Part shown: one piece after another, positions 62,626-64,000 of the stretch
Layout of the letters: the number at the start of each line of letters is the position of its first letter
How positions within the stretch are numbered: position 1 is the first letter of the stretch
Assembly (NCBI RefSeq): GCF_016432865.1
Contig: NC_067400.1
Span: 572,012,001-572,076,000 of the forward strand
DNA: 64,000 nt
Source of the DNA: Antechinus flavipes
Lineage: Eukaryota
Direction: 5' to 3'
Made by a program: the position numbers and the translations under genes
The notes under the pieces: generated by a model
Seen by the model: the letters and a program-made list of their open reading frames with translations, nothing else
Database searches by the model: none
Told to the model about the DNA's origin: nothing

Positions 62626-64000
62626 CCATGAGGTGGCTCTTTTCAACAGCAAGGTGATTCAGACCGGTTTCAATGGTCTTGTGATGGAGAAAGACATCTG
62701 CACCCAGAGAGAAGATTGAGTGTGGATCACAACGTAGTATTTTCGCTCTTTTTGTTGTTATTTGCTTGCTTTTCTGTTTTCTTTCTCATTTTTTTCCTTT
62801 TTGATCTGATTTTTCTTATACAGAATGATAATTGTGGAAATATGTATAGAAGAATTGTACATGTTTAACATATACTGGATCACTTGTCATCTAGGAGAGG
62901 AGATGGGGTGAAGAGGAAGAAAAAAATTTAGGACACAAAGTTTTGTAAAAGTGAAATAAAAAGCTTTAAAAAAGTAGTAAGTGTCCATGGCCAAATTTGA
63001 ACTCAGCTTTTCCTGACTTCCTGACTCCAGCTATAGGGATAGCACGCTATCCTCTGTCCCATCTTGCAGGAGGGTATTTTTGACCTGGGTAGGTTTTTTA
63101 ACCTAAAACCGATAGAATTCCATGGATAGATTTCAGAGAGTATAAATTTGAGTAGAGGGGAGAAATTACATTTTAATTTCAATATAATTGTTTTCCTTTG
63201 TAATCTTATGCACCTTATTTAGTATATTTCATGATACTGTTTTGAAAAGCGGTACACAGGCATCCCCTAACTGCCAAACAAAGTGGAAAGCCCCTGACAT
63301 AAGGTCTTTGCGTGGGATATCCCAGTTCCTAGAAACGCTTTCTGTATGCAGATATTGTAGCAGCATCATTGGTTCCACAGGGACCTGGGATGGGTTGCAG
63401 GTTGCTGATTTGACAATCTTTTCTGTCTTGATTAGGATCCAAGGATATTTCATGGGTCTCTGTGATAAGACAGCAGAGAAATGTCTCTCTTCTTCTTCTT
63501 TTGATTGGTTGACCTCTAATTACTCCTTATGGGGCTCTTTGAGAACCAACAGCCACCACCATAGAATATTAGCTAGCATTTCTACAGAACTTTGAGGTTT
63601 GTAAAGCCCTTTGCCTAAGTTGATTCATTTCACAACAACTGTGAAGTACCAGCATTATCCCCATTTCACAGATATGAAACTGAGGTCTGGTGACTTGCTT
63701 ATGGTAGTAAGAGTCAGCTGAACTGACTCTAAAGCCATGACACAGGATCCCACCTGCAGATTAAATTTGTTTTTTTTTTCTTTGAAGGCTTTTCTTTCAT
63801 GAAATAATATATTCTTTGTAATAAGCTAGAGGATGAAGATGCACACCTCCGGCTCTGTGGCCGTCTCCTCCAGGAGGGAGGAGAGCATTCAGGATTTGAT
63901 CCTGGCTTAGCATAGGTCAGCTTCCTTCCCCATCCATGCAGGAAGTGGGATTTTCGGGTCTCCGGAATTTGTCCTTTCTCCTGGCCAGCTTCTGTGGCCA

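Noticed and set aside
63188-63595. 135-aa + ORF with TKWKAP, WDG, LTIFSV and KTAEK, superficially like GT6 glycosyltransferases (GGTA1/A3GALT2)
   Set aside because: The WKAP part lies in a minus-strand copy of the MER-type repeat, motif spacing is wrong, and real GT6 genes have an intron in this stretch.
63830-64000. GC-richer sequence with a possible ctccag|...|gtcagc mini-exon at the right edge
   Set aside because: Truncated by the window, with no recognisable peptide and a weak donor; cannot be supported.
1-64000. CRISPR arrays, rRNA/tRNA genes, prokaryotic operons
   Set aside because: The DNA is eukaryotic. The tRNA-like boxes all belong to SINE heads, and there are no regularly spaced repeat-spacer arrays.

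Overview
Mammalian genomic DNA, almost certainly from a marsupial. The repeats are WSINE1/MAR1-type CORE-SINEs, marsupial L1, abundant L2 and L3, 7SL-derived copies and an OC1-like hAT MITE; the last points to a dasyurid such as the Tasmanian devil (inference). The left third holds the 3' end of PHC2 (Polyhomeotic homolog 2, a PRC1 subunit) on the + strand. It comprises a long intron (1-13054), the first 22 nt of the HD1-encoding exon running into an assembly gap, five complete coding exons (15232-18777; FCS zinc finger and SAM domain) with canonical GT-AG sites and consistent phases, and a ~1.3 kb 3' UTR ending at an ATTAAA/AATAAA signal near 20040. The remaining ~44 kb is a stack of nested transposable elements with no recognisable intact gene. 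Best leads: (i) a decayed, intronless Src/Frk-like SH3-SH2 cassette at ~40.2-41.0 kb; (ii) cryptic splicing signals in PHC2, namely an in-frame 6/21-nt microexon, a 147-nt poison-type exon, AG|GT juxtapositions and an open last intron; (iii) no intact A3GALT2 where eutherian synteny predicts it; (iv) an OC1-type MITE from a horizontally transferred family. Nearly all short ORFs in the supplied track are incidental. Repeat boundaries are approximate and family names come from recognition, not a database search.
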